From Planctomycetota bacterium (GTDB lineage: Bacteria; Planctomycetota; UBA1135; UBA2386), in assembly GCA_046290465.1 (NCBI GenBank), contig JBKAGP010000001.1, positions 5,472,001 through 5,536,000 on the forward strand: a stretch of DNA of 64,000 bases, given 5' to 3'. Below, in pieces: positions 46,849 through 57,247 of this stretch. The stretch's first letter is position 1. Each line of letters opens with the position of its first letter. The translations under genes and the position numbers were made by a program. Below the pieces are notes generated by a model, which worked only from the letters and a program-made list of their open reading frames with translations, searched no databases and was not told where the DNA came from.

Positions 46849-48678
46849 ATGCTTCGTACCCTGCCCCTGTTCGGCGCGGCCTGCCTGTTGGCCGCCCACG
46901 CGAGCGCCCAGTGCTTCTCGGCCTCCGGCACGTCGATCGCCGGCCAGATGACGGCGACCACCATCTACACGGTCGATGACGAGGGCATCAGCCCCGACCT
47001 CGCGTTCGGCTTCCCGTTCCCGCTCGACGGCACCAACTGGACGCACTTCGTGGTCTCGTCCAACGGCGAGATCTACCTGACCGACGGCACCGGCGCGGTC
47101 GGCTCCGTGCTCTACGGCGTCACCAACGTCAACGCCCTGCGCGGCGTCGCCGGCGACTCCCCGCGCATCTGCGGGTTTGCCGGGGACCTGACCGCGGTGC
47201 CGAACCTCGCCAGCTGGGACGTGCTGGTCGACTCGAGCGTCGCCGGCGAGGTCAAGGTGACCTGGGTCGGGGTGCGCCACTACCTCGGCGGCGAGGACTG
47301 GAACATGAGCGTCAAGATGAACGCCGCCGGCATCGTCGAGTTCGACTACGAAGGCAACTTCGGCACGCCGGGCATCTTCGACATCACCGGCATCTCGGCC
47401 GGCGACGGCGTCGGTGCCGCGACGACCCCGTCGAGCGACCTCGACCAGGGCGCCGACTCCGGCACGCTGGCGCTGCTCTACGAAACCGGCTGGGCCAACG
47501 GCTTCGACCTCAACGGCAAGGGGCTGACGATCATCCCCAACGGCCAGGGCGGCTTCACCAGCCTGCTGACCTGCGGCAGTGCCCGGCACGACAGCGTCGG
47601 CGCCGGTTGCTACGACGTCGGCCGGGCTTCGTTCTACCAGTGGTTCACCGACGCGGGCGTCGCCTCGGCGACCCTGACCGGCAACGCGATCAACCTGGCG
47701 CCGACCGGCGACGGCTACCTCGCCAGCTGGCTGCCCGGCATCGCGCAGGCGCTCTACGTGCCGCCGAGCGCGAACGCGACCAACCTGCCGGTGCTCAACG
47801 ACGACGAAGTGACGTTCACGCCGGCGACCGGCTTCCCGATCCCGGGCGGCACCGTCAACGAGCTGACCGTGCAGGGCAACGGCATCGTCGCGTTCGGCGC
47901 CGGTCCGACCGAGCCGACCGTCGACAACTGGATCCCGTCGCCGGAGCGCATGCTCGACGCCTACCACGGCGGCGTCTACTTCTGGCACGCCTACAACGAG
48001 GAGGAGAACGGGGACGTCTGGGCCGAGGAGCTCAACGGCACGATCTACATCACCTTCCAGGACGTCGAGAACTTCCCGCTGGGCGTGGCCAACCCGAGCA
48101 CCTGGCAGCTGCAGATCAACCAGGCGACGGGCGACATGTTCCTGCTGTTCGTCAGCATCGACTCGGACAACAACCCGATCTTCGGCATCTACCCGCAGGA
48201 CCACCTGATCGGCTTCACGCCCCCGGGCGCGTCGGTCGATCCGGGCCCCGTGGACCTCGCGACCGGCCTGCCGGTGGTGACGTCGCCCGACGTGTTCGCG
48301 CTGGCGATGAGCGCCTCGCCGGCCCCGATCAGCACCACGTCGACCGGCTCGACGGTCGACTACACGGTCGCCAACTCGCAGGAGATCACGCCCAGCGGTG
48401 GCATCGCCGCCGGCATCGTCGCCCTGAGCCTGACCTCGGGCAACCTCGACCTGACCGGGGTCGGCGCGCCGGGTTGCTTCGCCTACGTCGGCGGCCTCGA
48501 CCTGACGCTGCCGTTCGTCGGTCCGGTTGGCCAGCCGCACACGGCGTCGCTGCAGCTGCCGCCGGGCCTGCCGCAAGGCCTGATGATCTACGCCCAGGCC
48601 GCGTGCCTGTCGGATGGCGTCAACGCGTTCGGGATCCTGACCTCGAACGGCATCGAGAGCCGCGTCGGCCCGAACTGA
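46849..48678 (+). CDS. Secreted protein with two nidogen-like beta domains and the shared C-terminal domain
   Basis: Signal peptide ending ASA-Q, two repeats DDE...FP(F/I)P...V-x-x-NG, C-terminal GAPGC...Q...NAFG..TSNG. Confidence 0.75.
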   Translation: MLRTLPLFGAACLLAAHASAQCFSASGTSIAGQMTATTIYTVDDEGISPDLAFGFPFPLDGTNWTHFVVSSNGEIYLTDGTGAVGSVLYGVTNVNALRGVAGDSPRICGFAGDLTAVPNLASWDVLVDSSVAGEVKVTWVGVRHYLGGEDWNMSVKMNAAGIVEFDYEGNFGTPGIFDITGISAGDGVGAATTPSSDLDQGADSGTLALLYETGWANGFDLNGKGLTIIPNGQGGFTSLLTCGSARHDSVGAGCYDVGRASFYQWFTDAGVASATLTGNAINLAPTGDGYLASWLPGIAQALYVPPSANATNLPVLNDDEVTFTPATGFPIPGGTVNELTVQGNGIVAFGAGPTEPTVDNWIPSPERMLDAYHGGVYFWHAYNEEENGDVWAEELNGTIYITFQDVENFPLGVANPSTWQLQINQATGDMFLLFVSIDSDNNPIFGIYPQDHLIGFTPPGASVDPGPVDLATGLPVVTSPDVFALAMSASPAPISTTSTGSTVDYTVANSQEITPSGGIAAGIVALSLTSGNLDLTGVGAPGCFAYVGGLDLTLPFVGPVGQPHTASLQLPPGLPQGLMIYAQAACLSDGVNAFGILTSNGIESRVGPN

Positions 48679-48751
48679 TCGGCTGACCAAGGGCGATGCG
48701 ATCGGGGCGCGCAGCCCCGCTCGCGTTGCGCTGGCCCGCCCGCGTTGCGCG

Positions 48752-50488
48752 CTACTGCACGACGTTGAAGGCCTGGTGCGTCGACAGGCGCGCCACGCCG
48801 AGCGAGGCGCTCGAGCCGACCGCCTGCACGAACAGGCGCACGCCGACGAACGGCAGGATGTTCGGCAGCGAGTAGGGCAGCTGCGCGTCACCGTTGGCAT
48901 CGAGCGTGCTCATGCCGAGGTAGACCATGTTGCTCTGGTCGATGCGCAGGTCGCCGTGCGGCGGCATCGGGCTCGGCACCACCAGTTCGGTCGGCGACGC
49001 GAACACGCACAGCGTCTCGTTGGGCTGCCACTGGAAGTCGAGTTCGCCGCTGCTGCCGATGCGGAACTCCTGCTCGTCGTCCGAGATCATCGCGACCGGC
49101 ACGGCCAGCGTCGGCTCCTTGTCGCTCGCGTCCGGGATGCCGTCGCCGTCGTAGTCGCCGGTGTAGGAGATCACCGTCATCATGCCGCGCATCATGTGGT
49201 GCATCTCGTGGCAGTGGTACAGCCACGTGCCCGGGTTGTCGGCGTGCCACTGGCACGACCAGGTATCGCCCGGTTGGCCCGCCGGCATGATCAGGATCGT
49301 GTCCATGATCGGCGGGTGGGTGGTGCCGCCGGCCGTGCCCATCAGCTGGACGAAGTGGCCGTGCATGTGCATCGGGTGCACGTGCGTGGGCGACGGCGTC
49401 GTGGTGGTCAGATCGAACTGGATGATCTCGTCGAAGGCGACGCTGGTCGGAGTGACGTTGGGCCACGCCTCGTTGTTGATCGTCCAGGTGCCGCCGCCGG
49501 GGCCCGGCTGCACGGCGAGCGCCATCGGGTAGGTGCGATCCGGCGTGGCGGTGATCGGGTGCGTCGCCGGCCAGAAGCTCGCCAGCTGCGCGTAGCTGAG
49601 CAGGGCACCGCTCGACAGGTTGGTGGGCACGAACGACGGCGACGGGTCGGCGCCGGTCTGGCCCTGGTAGCGAACGACGCCCCGCACCACCGTGGCGCTG
49701 CGGTTCTGCAGCGCGGCGACGGCCAGGCTCCAGACGCCGGGGTTGTTGCAGTCGACGAGCACGTCGTAGCGTTCGCCGATGCCGACCGGGATCGCGTCGG
49801 TCACGACCGGCTGCACGCGGTTGCCGTCCTTGTGGGTGACGGTCATCGGGTGGCCGTCGAGCGCGACGACGTAGTTGGTGCGCGCCGCCATGTTGGAGAA
49901 CCGCAGCCGCAGCTGGTTGCCCTGTGCGACCGTGATCGCCGACTGGCCGTCACTGGTCTTGCCGTTGAGCAGGTGGCCGAAGAACGTGCCGCCGGTCACC
50001 TGCGCGTTCCAGTCGTCGAGCGCGATCACCTGGTCGATGTCGGACGCCGGGTCGTTGGCCGGATTGGCGGGGTCGACGATCAGCACGCCGTACATGCCGG
50101 CGTCGAGCTGGTGGTGGTTGTCGCTGTGCGGGTGGAACCAGTAGGTGCCGGGCGCGAGGTTGTCGAGTTCGTAGGTGAACTCCTGGCCGGGCGGCGTCTC
50201 CGGACGCGAGATGCGCTGGGTGCCGTCCATGCCGAGTCGCATCGGCTGGCCGTGCACGTGCAGGATGGTCGTCTCGTCGAGTCGGTTGACCAGCCGGATG
50301 CGCAGGGTGTCGCCTTCGGTGGCCCGGACGACCGGACCGGGCAGGATGCCGTTGTAGAGCATCGCCGGCTCGCTGGTGTAGCCGGGGCCGAGGTCGACCG
50401 TGCCTTCGTCGGCGACGATCGTGGTGTCGATGATGTTCTGAGCGGGCAGCGCGGCGGCGAGCAGCGCGAGCAGGGGGGTGCGGTACAT
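48752..50488 (-). CDS. Multicopper oxidase with C-terminal extension
   Basis: HVHG, WFHPH, HPMHMHGH, YHCHEMHHMMRGMM; DYDGDGIPDASD Ca-binding repeat. Confidence 0.92.
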   Translation of the reverse strand: MYRTPLLALLAAALPAQNIIDTTIVADEGTVDLGPGYTSEPAMLYNGILPGPVVRATEGDTLRIRLVNRLDETTILHVHGQPMRLGMDGTQRISRPETPPGQEFTYELDNLAPGTYWFHPHSDNHHQLDAGMYGVLIVDPANPANDPASDIDQVIALDDWNAQVTGGTFFGHLLNGKTSDGQSAITVAQGNQLRLRFSNMAARTNYVVALDGHPMTVTHKDGNRVQPVVTDAIPVGIGERYDVLVDCNNPGVWSLAVAALQNRSATVVRGVVRYQGQTGADPSPSFVPTNLSSGALLSYAQLASFWPATHPITATPDRTYPMALAVQPGPGGGTWTINNEAWPNVTPTSVAFDEIIQFDLTTTTPSPTHVHPMHMHGHFVQLMGTAGGTTHPPIMDTILIMPAGQPGDTWSCQWHADNPGTWLYHCHEMHHMMRGMMTVISYTGDYDGDGIPDASDKEPTLAVPVAMISDDEQEFRIGSSGELDFQWQPNETLCVFASPTELVVPSPMPPHGDLRIDQSNMVYLGMSTLDANGDAQLPYSLPNILPFVGVRLFVQAVGSSASLGVARLSTHQAFNVVQ

Positions 50489-50636
50489 GAAGGGTCGTGC
50501 GTTGGATGCAGGGAGCGCCGAGCAGGATAACCCACGAACGGTCCGCATCGTTTCGTTCGACCTCACGCGAACGTCACCCCACTGCCATCGGCGTCATCGC
50601 GCCGGCCCGATGGTGCGCGAGGGGGTGACCGGCCAC

Positions 50637-50882
50637 CTACGCGGGGTCCACGAACACGTCGTCGATGGTTGCGGCATCGAGCAGCCGTTCGCCGATGCAG
50701 TCGAGCGCGTCCAGGTCCGCGGCGAGCACGCGACGTTCGGTCTCGGTCGTGACCGCATCGCCGAAGCGCTTGCGGAGCTGGCGGAGCAGCAGTGCGACCC
50801 GGCCTGCGGCGTAGCCTTCTGCCTTGCCCTCTGCCTTACCCTGGCGGATCCCCTTCTGGAACGTGCGTTCGAGCGTGCTCAT
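50637..50882 (-). CDS. Stand-alone DUF4351 / Rpn C-terminal-like small protein (or remnant of an Rpn gene)
   Basis: MSTLERTFQKGIRQGKAEGKAEG...LLLRQLRKRFG...L..IGERLLDAATIDDVF, the typical Rpn/DUF4351 tail. Confidence 0.75.
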   Translation of the reverse strand: MSTLERTFQKGIRQGKAEGKAEGYAAGRVALLLRQLRKRFGDAVTTETERRVLAADLDALDCIGERLLDAATIDDVFVDPA

Positions 50883-51023
50883 GATCGTGGCGTCGTTGCG
50901 TTGCAGGATGCGGCAGAAGGTCTCGCTCAGGGCCAGGCTGTCGACGTCGGTGACCGCGAGAGCATACCAGCCGACCGCGTAGGCGCCGTCGCCATCGCCC
51001 GCGGCTCGCCGTAGTCTGCACGC

Positions 51024-51995
51024 GTGGCAAACCAGCACTTCTATCCCGTGATCGAGCCGTTCGAGCGCGGGGAGCTCGACGTTGGCGGCCCGCACACGCT
51101 CTACTGGGAACAGTGCGGCAACCCCGACGGCGAGCCGATCCTGTTCGTGCACGGCGGTCCGGGGGCCGGCTGTGGCGAGACCGATCGCCGCTTCTTCGAT
51201 CCGGCCCACTTCCGCATCGTGCTGCTCGACCAGCGCGGTTGCGGCCGTTCGCGGCCGGTCGGGGAGCTGCGCGACAACACCACCGACCACCTGATCGGCG
51301 ACTACGAACGGCTGCGCGAGCAGCTCGGCATCGACAGCTGGCACGTGTTCGGCGGGTCGTGGGGGAGCACGCTGTCGCTCGCCTACGCGCAGGCGCACCC
51401 CGATCGCTGCCGCACGCTGACCCTGCGCGGCATCTGGCTGCTGCTACAGGAGGAGCTCGACTGGTGGCTGTACGGGATGCGCCACATCCAGCCCGAGCGA
51501 TGGGACGAGTTCGCGGGCCACGTGCCGGAAGCCGAGCGCGGCGACCTGCTCGAGGCCTACTGGCGGCGCCTCAACGACGATGACCGCGAGGTCGCGCTGG
51601 CCGCGGCGATGCGCTGGTCGATCTACGAAGGCGCCAGCTGCACGCTGCGCGACAACCCGGAGTTCCTGTCGCACTTCGAGGATCCCGACGTCGCCTGGGC
51701 GGTCGCGCGGCTCGAGGCGCACTACTTCCGCAACGTGCGGTTCGAGCCGGACGACCGGCTGCTGCGCGGTGTCGACCGGATTCGGTCGATCCCCGGCTTC
51801 GTCGTGCACGGCCGCTACGACATCATCTGCCCGATCAAGTCAGCGATCGACCTGCACCGCGCCTGGCCCGAGGCGTCGCTGGTGGTCGTGCCCGATGCCG
51901 GCCACAGCTCGCACGAACCGGGCATCACCGAGCAGCTGGTCGCGGCGACCGATCGCATCCGCGACACCGGCAGCCCGGTGCTCGCGGCTGGCTGA
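51024..51995 (+). CDS. pip: Proline iminopeptidase
   Basis: GNPDG, HGGPG, DQRGCGRS, GGSWG, GRYD, AGHS. Confidence 0.93.
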   Translation: MANQHFYPVIEPFERGELDVGGPHTLYWEQCGNPDGEPILFVHGGPGAGCGETDRRFFDPAHFRIVLLDQRGCGRSRPVGELRDNTTDHLIGDYERLREQLGIDSWHVFGGSWGSTLSLAYAQAHPDRCRTLTLRGIWLLLQEELDWWLYGMRHIQPERWDEFAGHVPEAERGDLLEAYWRRLNDDDREVALAAAMRWSIYEGASCTLRDNPEFLSHFEDPDVAWAVARLEAHYFRNVRFEPDDRLLRGVDRIRSIPGFVVHGRYDIICPIKSAIDLHRAWPEASLVVVPDAGHSSHEPGITEQLVAATDRIRDTGSPVLAAG

Positions 51996-52002
51996 CGCCG
52001 CG

Positions 52003-54321
52003 TTACAGGCCGACCGCGCCTTCGCCGGTGTTGGAGGTGATGAAGCCGCGCGGGTTGGCGGCGACGTCGAAGCCGACCGCCTGGTGCCAGACCGATTGGC
52101 CGAGCCACAGCGGATCGTTGGGGATCGGCAGCGCCCATTGGCCGCTGCCGGCGGTCTGCGGCACGACCTCGAGCACGATCATGTCGAGGCCGAGTTCGCA
52201 GCCGGGCATGCCGACCGGGCCGAGATCGACCTTCGGGTCGAACGGCGTCACGCCCGCGATCATCACGAACGCCGGCACCGCGGTCGGCGCATTGGCGACG
52301 TCGACCAGCATCGTCGAGCCGAGCACCGGGCGTGCGCTCGCAACGCCCGCGACCTGCATGGCCAGGCCGCTGGAGCCGGCACAGCCGCTGCCGCTGGTCC
52401 GGTAGCCGGCGATCGGCGCCGCCGCGCCGGCCCAGATCTGCTCGGCGCGGTCGTAGGCGTCGGTGCCGATCTCCTGGCCCATCAGGCGCCCCGGGATGTC
52501 GTCGCACGGCGGGTGGATGCCGCCCCAGATGCGCGACAGCGAGCACTGGTCGGAGGCGTCGTAGTAGCTGGCCCACTGCAGCGTGACGGTCACGCTCGGC
52601 CCCTCCTCGAACACCAGGAACTGGTTCTGCGGACAGACGAACTCGCCGAGGCCGCCGGGGAAGTACGGCGAGCCGGTGAACCGGTCCATGACCACCGCCG
52701 CGGCGCGGCTGTAGGTGCTGTGGCCGGAGACGTAGCCGGCGAACGGCGGCGTCACGAACGTCGGCCGCTGGTACGGCCACCAGTTCTCGAGCAGGATCCA
52801 GCCGACGCCGGCCAGGTCGGTCGCCGGGTTGCTGATGTAGTCCGGTCCGCGCCAGGCGTAGACGGCGACCTTGCCCTCCTCACCGGCGAGGTGTTCGTGA
52901 CGCTGGCCGGGCGCGGTGCTCGCCAGCGTGACCTCCTCGATGAAGCCCGGCCGGATCGTCACCGCCTCGGGGTCGGCCGGGTTGGCGAAGTAGCGATCGC
53001 CCAGGTAGCGCAGCGCGCTGATCGGGCGCAGGTAGTCGTACCAGCCCTTGACGCCCCACGCCGAGATCGCCGCGTCGTGCATCGCGCCACCGAGCGCCAG
53101 GTAGCCCTTCACGTCCCACTCGAGGTCGCTGACGACCGGGCCGGTGCCGCCGATCTGCTTGGCGGTCTGCGGGTGGTCGGTGACGTAGTTGAAGATCGTG
53201 AACCAGTGGCCCGGCGGCGTCTCCGAGTCGGGGCCGTCGGCCCAGAACTCGGCGAGCACGCGCGCGTAGTCGGCGCGCGGGACCATCTGCGGCGCGTACG
53301 GCTGGCCGGTCACCGGGTTGGTCGCGTAACCGGTGCCGAGGTCGCCGCCGTTGGCGAAGTCGTAGAACGCCGGGTAGCTGGCGGTGCTGGTCGGCAGCTG
53401 GTTGAGCTGGATGTTGCCGATCGACGCCGGCGATGCGTCGATCATCACGCCGTCGGCCGGGTCGAGGTGCGACGACCACGCCGAGACCATCTCGAAGCCC
53501 CACTTGTAGTCGTTCGCCGACGGCGTGTTGAGCAGCGGCGGCGCGCCCGGGTCGTGGTAGACCCACCATTCGGAGCCGAACCGTTCGTGCACCGTCAGGT
53601 CGTTCTGCGACAGCGCGAACTGCTTGACCCGGCCCCACTCGGGGCTGAGGAAGTCCGGGTAGCCGGTCGGGATCGGGATGCCCGACTGGCCGATGAAGAA
53701 CTGCAGCGCCAGCGGTTGCCAGCGGTCCGGGTTCCACATGTTCGGGTTGCCGGGGAAATCGGGCAGCAGCGGCGCGTTGACCGGGAAGTAGATCGTGTTG
53801 GCGTAGCCGTTGGCTTCGTTCGAGCGGTCGTCGAGGCCGTAGGCGAGCACGGTCGCGGCGATGCGGTTGCCGATCGCGGCCGGGGTGTTGCCGGTCGTCG
53901 TCGTGTTCGACGCGACGTAGCCGAGCTGCGTCATCATGCCGTCGTAGAGCGGCAGCATCGTCGGGCCGCCCGGCGACGCCTGGAAGCGCGCGGTCAGGAT
54001 CCGGTAGGCGGCGAAGCTGAGCGCCTCGCTGCGCCACGCGTCGATGTTCGGGTCGGTGGTCGGGTGCTCCTCGTCGAACAGCACGCAATCGGCCGTCGGG
54101 CTGTAGGTCGCCCACGCGTCCCACATCGCCACCGAGACGTGGTAGAGGTTGCGCGCGTGCACCGTCGGCCGGGCGAAGTCGCTGCGGATCGACTCGAGCA
54201 GCAGCTCGTTCCACTCGCGGGCTTCGGAGTGCTGGGCGCGGGCTTCGGCAGCTGCCGAGCCGAGGATGGCGAGCGCGAGCGAGAAGCGCAGCGCACGCCG
54301 GCAGGAAGCGAGGTCGGTCAT
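52003..54321 (-). CDS. Secreted vanadium-dependent haloperoxidase-like (PAP2 superfamily) protein with the shared C-terminal domain
   Basis: ARPTVHARNL, KGWYDYLRP, PPFAGYVSGHS, SRIWGGIH active-site motifs; signal peptide. Confidence 0.85.
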   Translation of the reverse strand: MTDLASCRRALRFSLALAILGSAAAEARAQHSEAREWNELLLESIRSDFARPTVHARNLYHVSVAMWDAWATYSPTADCVLFDEEHPTTDPNIDAWRSEALSFAAYRILTARFQASPGGPTMLPLYDGMMTQLGYVASNTTTTGNTPAAIGNRIAATVLAYGLDDRSNEANGYANTIYFPVNAPLLPDFPGNPNMWNPDRWQPLALQFFIGQSGIPIPTGYPDFLSPEWGRVKQFALSQNDLTVHERFGSEWWVYHDPGAPPLLNTPSANDYKWGFEMVSAWSSHLDPADGVMIDASPASIGNIQLNQLPTSTASYPAFYDFANGGDLGTGYATNPVTGQPYAPQMVPRADYARVLAEFWADGPDSETPPGHWFTIFNYVTDHPQTAKQIGGTGPVVSDLEWDVKGYLALGGAMHDAAISAWGVKGWYDYLRPISALRYLGDRYFANPADPEAVTIRPGFIEEVTLASTAPGQRHEHLAGEEGKVAVYAWRGPDYISNPATDLAGVGWILLENWWPYQRPTFVTPPFAGYVSGHSTYSRAAAVVMDRFTGSPYFPGGLGEFVCPQNQFLVFEEGPSVTVTLQWASYYDASDQCSLSRIWGGIHPPCDDIPGRLMGQEIGTDAYDRAEQIWAGAAAPIAGYRTSGSGCAGSSGLAMQVAGVASARPVLGSTMLVDVANAPTAVPAFVMIAGVTPFDPKVDLGPVGMPGCELGLDMIVLEVVPQTAGSGQWALPIPNDPLWLGQSVWHQAVGFDVAANPRGFITSNTGEGAVGL

Positions 54322-54508
54322 CGAGGTGTGGTCGCCGCGGAAGGCGGTTGCAGGCGCTGGCAGGATAGCCCGTCGGCGTGCCCGATTGGGGGCCGCCGCG
54401 GTTGGCAGCCGCGCGCGGCGCGTTCGGCGCGATGCGCGGCCTTGCGGGCCCGCGAAAACGGCCTTGGCTCCGGCGGGCCGGCCCGCCATCCGGCAGGCCG
54501 CTCGGGTC

Positions 54509-55009
54509 TCACTTCGGGGCTTTGCGCGCCGGCGCCGGGGCGACGGGGGCCTGGCCGATGTGCGCGACCCGGGTCAGGGCGGCGAGGCGGCCGAGGTCGC
54601 TGCGCATCACCATCTCGGTGGTGCTGTACGAACCGTTGGCGTGCCGGTACCAGTCGACCCCGGCGTCGTTGCGTTCGACGGCGACGATCGGGCTCCACTC
54701 GCGCGGGCCCCAGTACTCGTGCAGCGGGGCCGCGTCGGTCGCGCCGTTGAGCGTCGGCACGTAGGTGCCGTCGGGCAGCAGCAGTTCGCGACGGTGGTCG
54801 GCGGCGGGGGCAGCGGTCGGTGGCGCCGTGGCGAGTCGGCCCCGGGCCGGGGCGGCCGGCGGCGGCGTCGCCGCGTCGACGCCCGTCCTGCTGGTCGTGC
54901 CCAGAGCCGGCTCGCCGTCCCGGCCGCCGGCGGCGAACGCCGCGCCGGCCCCGACTGCGAGCAACAGGACCGCGAGCAGCAGGGCCGCGACCGTGCCCGT
55001 GCGGATCAC
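54509..55009 (-). CDS. Small exported hypothetical protein
   Basis: GTG overlapping the upstream TGA, hydrophobic N-terminus, LPDGTYVPTLNG...WYRHANGSYSTT. Confidence 0.65.
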   Translation of the reverse strand: MIRTGTVAALLLAVLLLAVGAGAAFAAGGRDGEPALGTTSRTGVDAATPPPAAPARGRLATAPPTAAPAADHRRELLLPDGTYVPTLNGATDAAPLHEYWGPREWSPIVAVERNDAGVDWYRHANGSYSTTEMVMRSDLGRLAALTRVAHIGQAPVAPAPARKAPK

Positions 55010-56121
55010 AGGTGCACCGCCTGCGCGTTGGTCCACTGCGCGAGGTTGATGCCGGTGTCCCAGACGATCGCCTGCAGGATGATGTCGGAGCCCATCATGG
55101 TCGGCGGGATGCTCGCCGGCGGCGCCAGCGGCAGGTCGACCTCGCCGTTGCTCAGCGACGTGATGCCGAGCGGGATCGCCTGCGAGGTGTCGCCGATGTG
55201 GCTGTGCGCGATCAGCGTGCCGATCAGCGGCCAGACGAACAGCGGCGGCTCGAACTGGTAGTTCGCGCCGAGCATCACGACGCCGTTCGGCGCCAGCGAG
55301 TCGGTGATGCGGACCATCAGGCCGTCGCATCGCGGCGTGCCGCTGACGTCGGGCCACAGGCCGTTCATGCTCAGGTTGGCGCCGGGGGCGCCGAGGCGCG
55401 TGCTGTTCGGGTCGAGGCCACCGACGTGCAGGTTGGGTGACGTGACCAGCGGGCCGAGGATGTAGGTCCACGGGGTCGTGTAGGGCACGCCGTTGAGGCT
55501 GCCTCCCCAGGTCGGGTCGGGGGCGCCGAGGCGTTCGTTCTCGCCGACGGTCGCGGCGGTGCCGGCGCTCAGCAGGTCGGCGCGGAACAGCGCGTGGCCG
55601 TCGGTCGCGGGCCAGTTGGGGTTGGCGGGCAGATCGATGCCGACGTAGTAGCGGCCCTCCGACGGCGCGAACGTCGGCAGCAGCGCCAGCGGCGCTTGCG
55701 AGCCGAAGCCGTCGTTGACGATCCAGGTGCCGCGTGCGGTCGACGTCGACGGCGGCGACGTCAGGCCCGAGATCCGCAGCGCCTCGCCGGCCGGCGACAT
55801 GTCGGGGCCGGGGCCGTTCGGGTCCTGGTTGCGGATCACCACGTCGTAGGTCTCCGACGTCGACAGGTTCTCGTCGGCGAGCCAGTGGTAGACGCCGAAC
55901 AGGTAGATCGGGCCGTTGGCGTCGCCGACGCTGCGGAAGTGGTCGGTCGTCACCTCCATCATCGCCTCGGCCTGGTTGGCCATGTCCGGCCGGCCGACGT
56001 ACGACGTGCAGGTAATGGTCTGCCGCTCCGGGTCCTGCGGATAGAAGACGAACGGGTTGGTCTGGGCGAGGGTGGCTCCGGCCAGCAGGGCGACGGCGCC
56101 GAGGGTGCGCGTGTGGGTCAT
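55006..56121 (-). CDS. Secreted hypothetical protein with a variant of the shared C-terminal domain
   Basis: GGAG SD, signal peptide ending TLA-Q, C-terminal G..IILQAIVWD...WTNA. Confidence 0.75.
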   Translation of the reverse strand: MTHTRTLGAVALLAGATLAQTNPFVFYPQDPERQTITCTSYVGRPDMANQAEAMMEVTTDHFRSVGDANGPIYLFGVYHWLADENLSTSETYDVVIRNQDPNGPGPDMSPAGEALRISGLTSPPSTSTARGTWIVNDGFGSQAPLALLPTFAPSEGRYYVGIDLPANPNWPATDGHALFRADLLSAGTAATVGENERLGAPDPTWGGSLNGVPYTTPWTYILGPLVTSPNLHVGGLDPNSTRLGAPGANLSMNGLWPDVSGTPRCDGLMVRITDSLAPNGVVMLGANYQFEPPLFVWPLIGTLIAHSHIGDTSQAIPLGITSLSNGEVDLPLAPPASIPPTMMGSDIILQAIVWDTGINLAQWTNAQAVHL

Positions 56122-56225
56122 GCAGACTCCGTGGTTCGACGGAGTGCGTGAGAGAGATTGGCGCGGCCAGTACCCGCGCCGTCGCCGCCGGTAACGCCGA
56201 AACGTGCGATTCTGCACTGCCGGGC

Positions 56226-57011
56226 TCAGCCCTTCGGTCGGGGTTGTTGCATCGCCAGCAACTTCTTCTGGTAGCGACCCTGCACGATGTCGACGACCAC
56301 CAGCACGGCGATCACGAAGTAGAACGTCGACTTGGCCATCGGTTCGATGTGGTAGCCGAAGAACGCCAGGTCGGCCAGGTGGCCGCCTTCGCTGAGCAGC
56401 ATCACGCCGACCAGCAGCAGCACGAACAGGCCGAGCACCTCGTACATGCGGTTCTTCTGCAAGAACTGCGAGACCCGGTCGGCGAGCCAGATCATCAGCA
56501 GGCCCGAGATCACCACCGCCACCGCCATCGTCGCGAAGTTGTCGGTCAGCGCGATCGCGCCGAGGATCGAGTCGAACGAGAACACCAGGTTCATCAGCAC
56601 GATCATCGTCACCGCCTTGGCGACGCTGACCTGCGCCGGGCCGTCGGCGTGGCGGGTGATGTCCGGCGGCGCGAGCATGTGGAAGATCTCCTTCACGGCG
56701 GTCCACAGGATGAAGCCGCCGCCGAGCAGCACGATCAGCGCGTGGCCGCTCATCGCCATGTGCACCGGGCTGGTCTCGACGTGCAGGAACGGGTCCTCGA
56801 AGAACTTGATCGCCTGCGTCAGGATGAACAGCAGCGCGATGCGCAGCACGATCGCGATCGAGATGCCCGTGCGGCGCACCCGCTGGCGGTCCTGCTCCGC
56901 GACGCGTTTGCTCTCCATCGAGATGTAGAGCAGGTTGTCGAAGCCGAGCACCGCCTGCAGCAGCGTCAGCATCAGCAGGGTGAGGAGGTTGTCGATCGAG
57001 AAGAAGTCCAT
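56226..57011 (-). CDS. TerC family membrane protein
   Basis: LQAVLGFDNLLYI, NLVFSFDSIL, YEVLGLFVLLLVG. Confidence 0.9.
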   Translation of the reverse strand: MDFFSIDNLLTLLMLTLLQAVLGFDNLLYISMESKRVAEQDRQRVRRTGISIAIVLRIALLFILTQAIKFFEDPFLHVETSPVHMAMSGHALIVLLGGGFILWTAVKEIFHMLAPPDITRHADGPAQVSVAKAVTMIVLMNLVFSFDSILGAIALTDNFATMAVAVVISGLLMIWLADRVSQFLQKNRMYEVLGLFVLLLVGVMLLSEGGHLADLAFFGYHIEPMAKSTFYFVIAVLVVVDIVQGRYQKKLLAMQQPRPKG

Positions 57012-57247
57012 CGCCGCTGCGGAGTCTAGTGTAGAGCGTCCGACATGCGTCGCATTCTGCGCGGCCGTCGCCGACCGTCGCCGGCGTAGCTGCTCGCCGA
57101 CAGGATGTCCGGAACCTGCCTTCGTCGCAGCGCATGGCGACGAACGACGCCGACTCGCGGATCATGCCCCGTCTGCCAGGCGCCCTGCCCTGGTGCCGCG
57201 CGGCACCAGTGCGACGAGAAGTCGCAATCAGCAGCCCCGGGGCCGGC

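Noticed and set aside
50637..51398. Full-length 253-aa transposase/Rpn ORF as given in the track
   Set aside because: The upstream two-thirds is antisense to pip and has no nuclease motif; only the last ~81 codons look real
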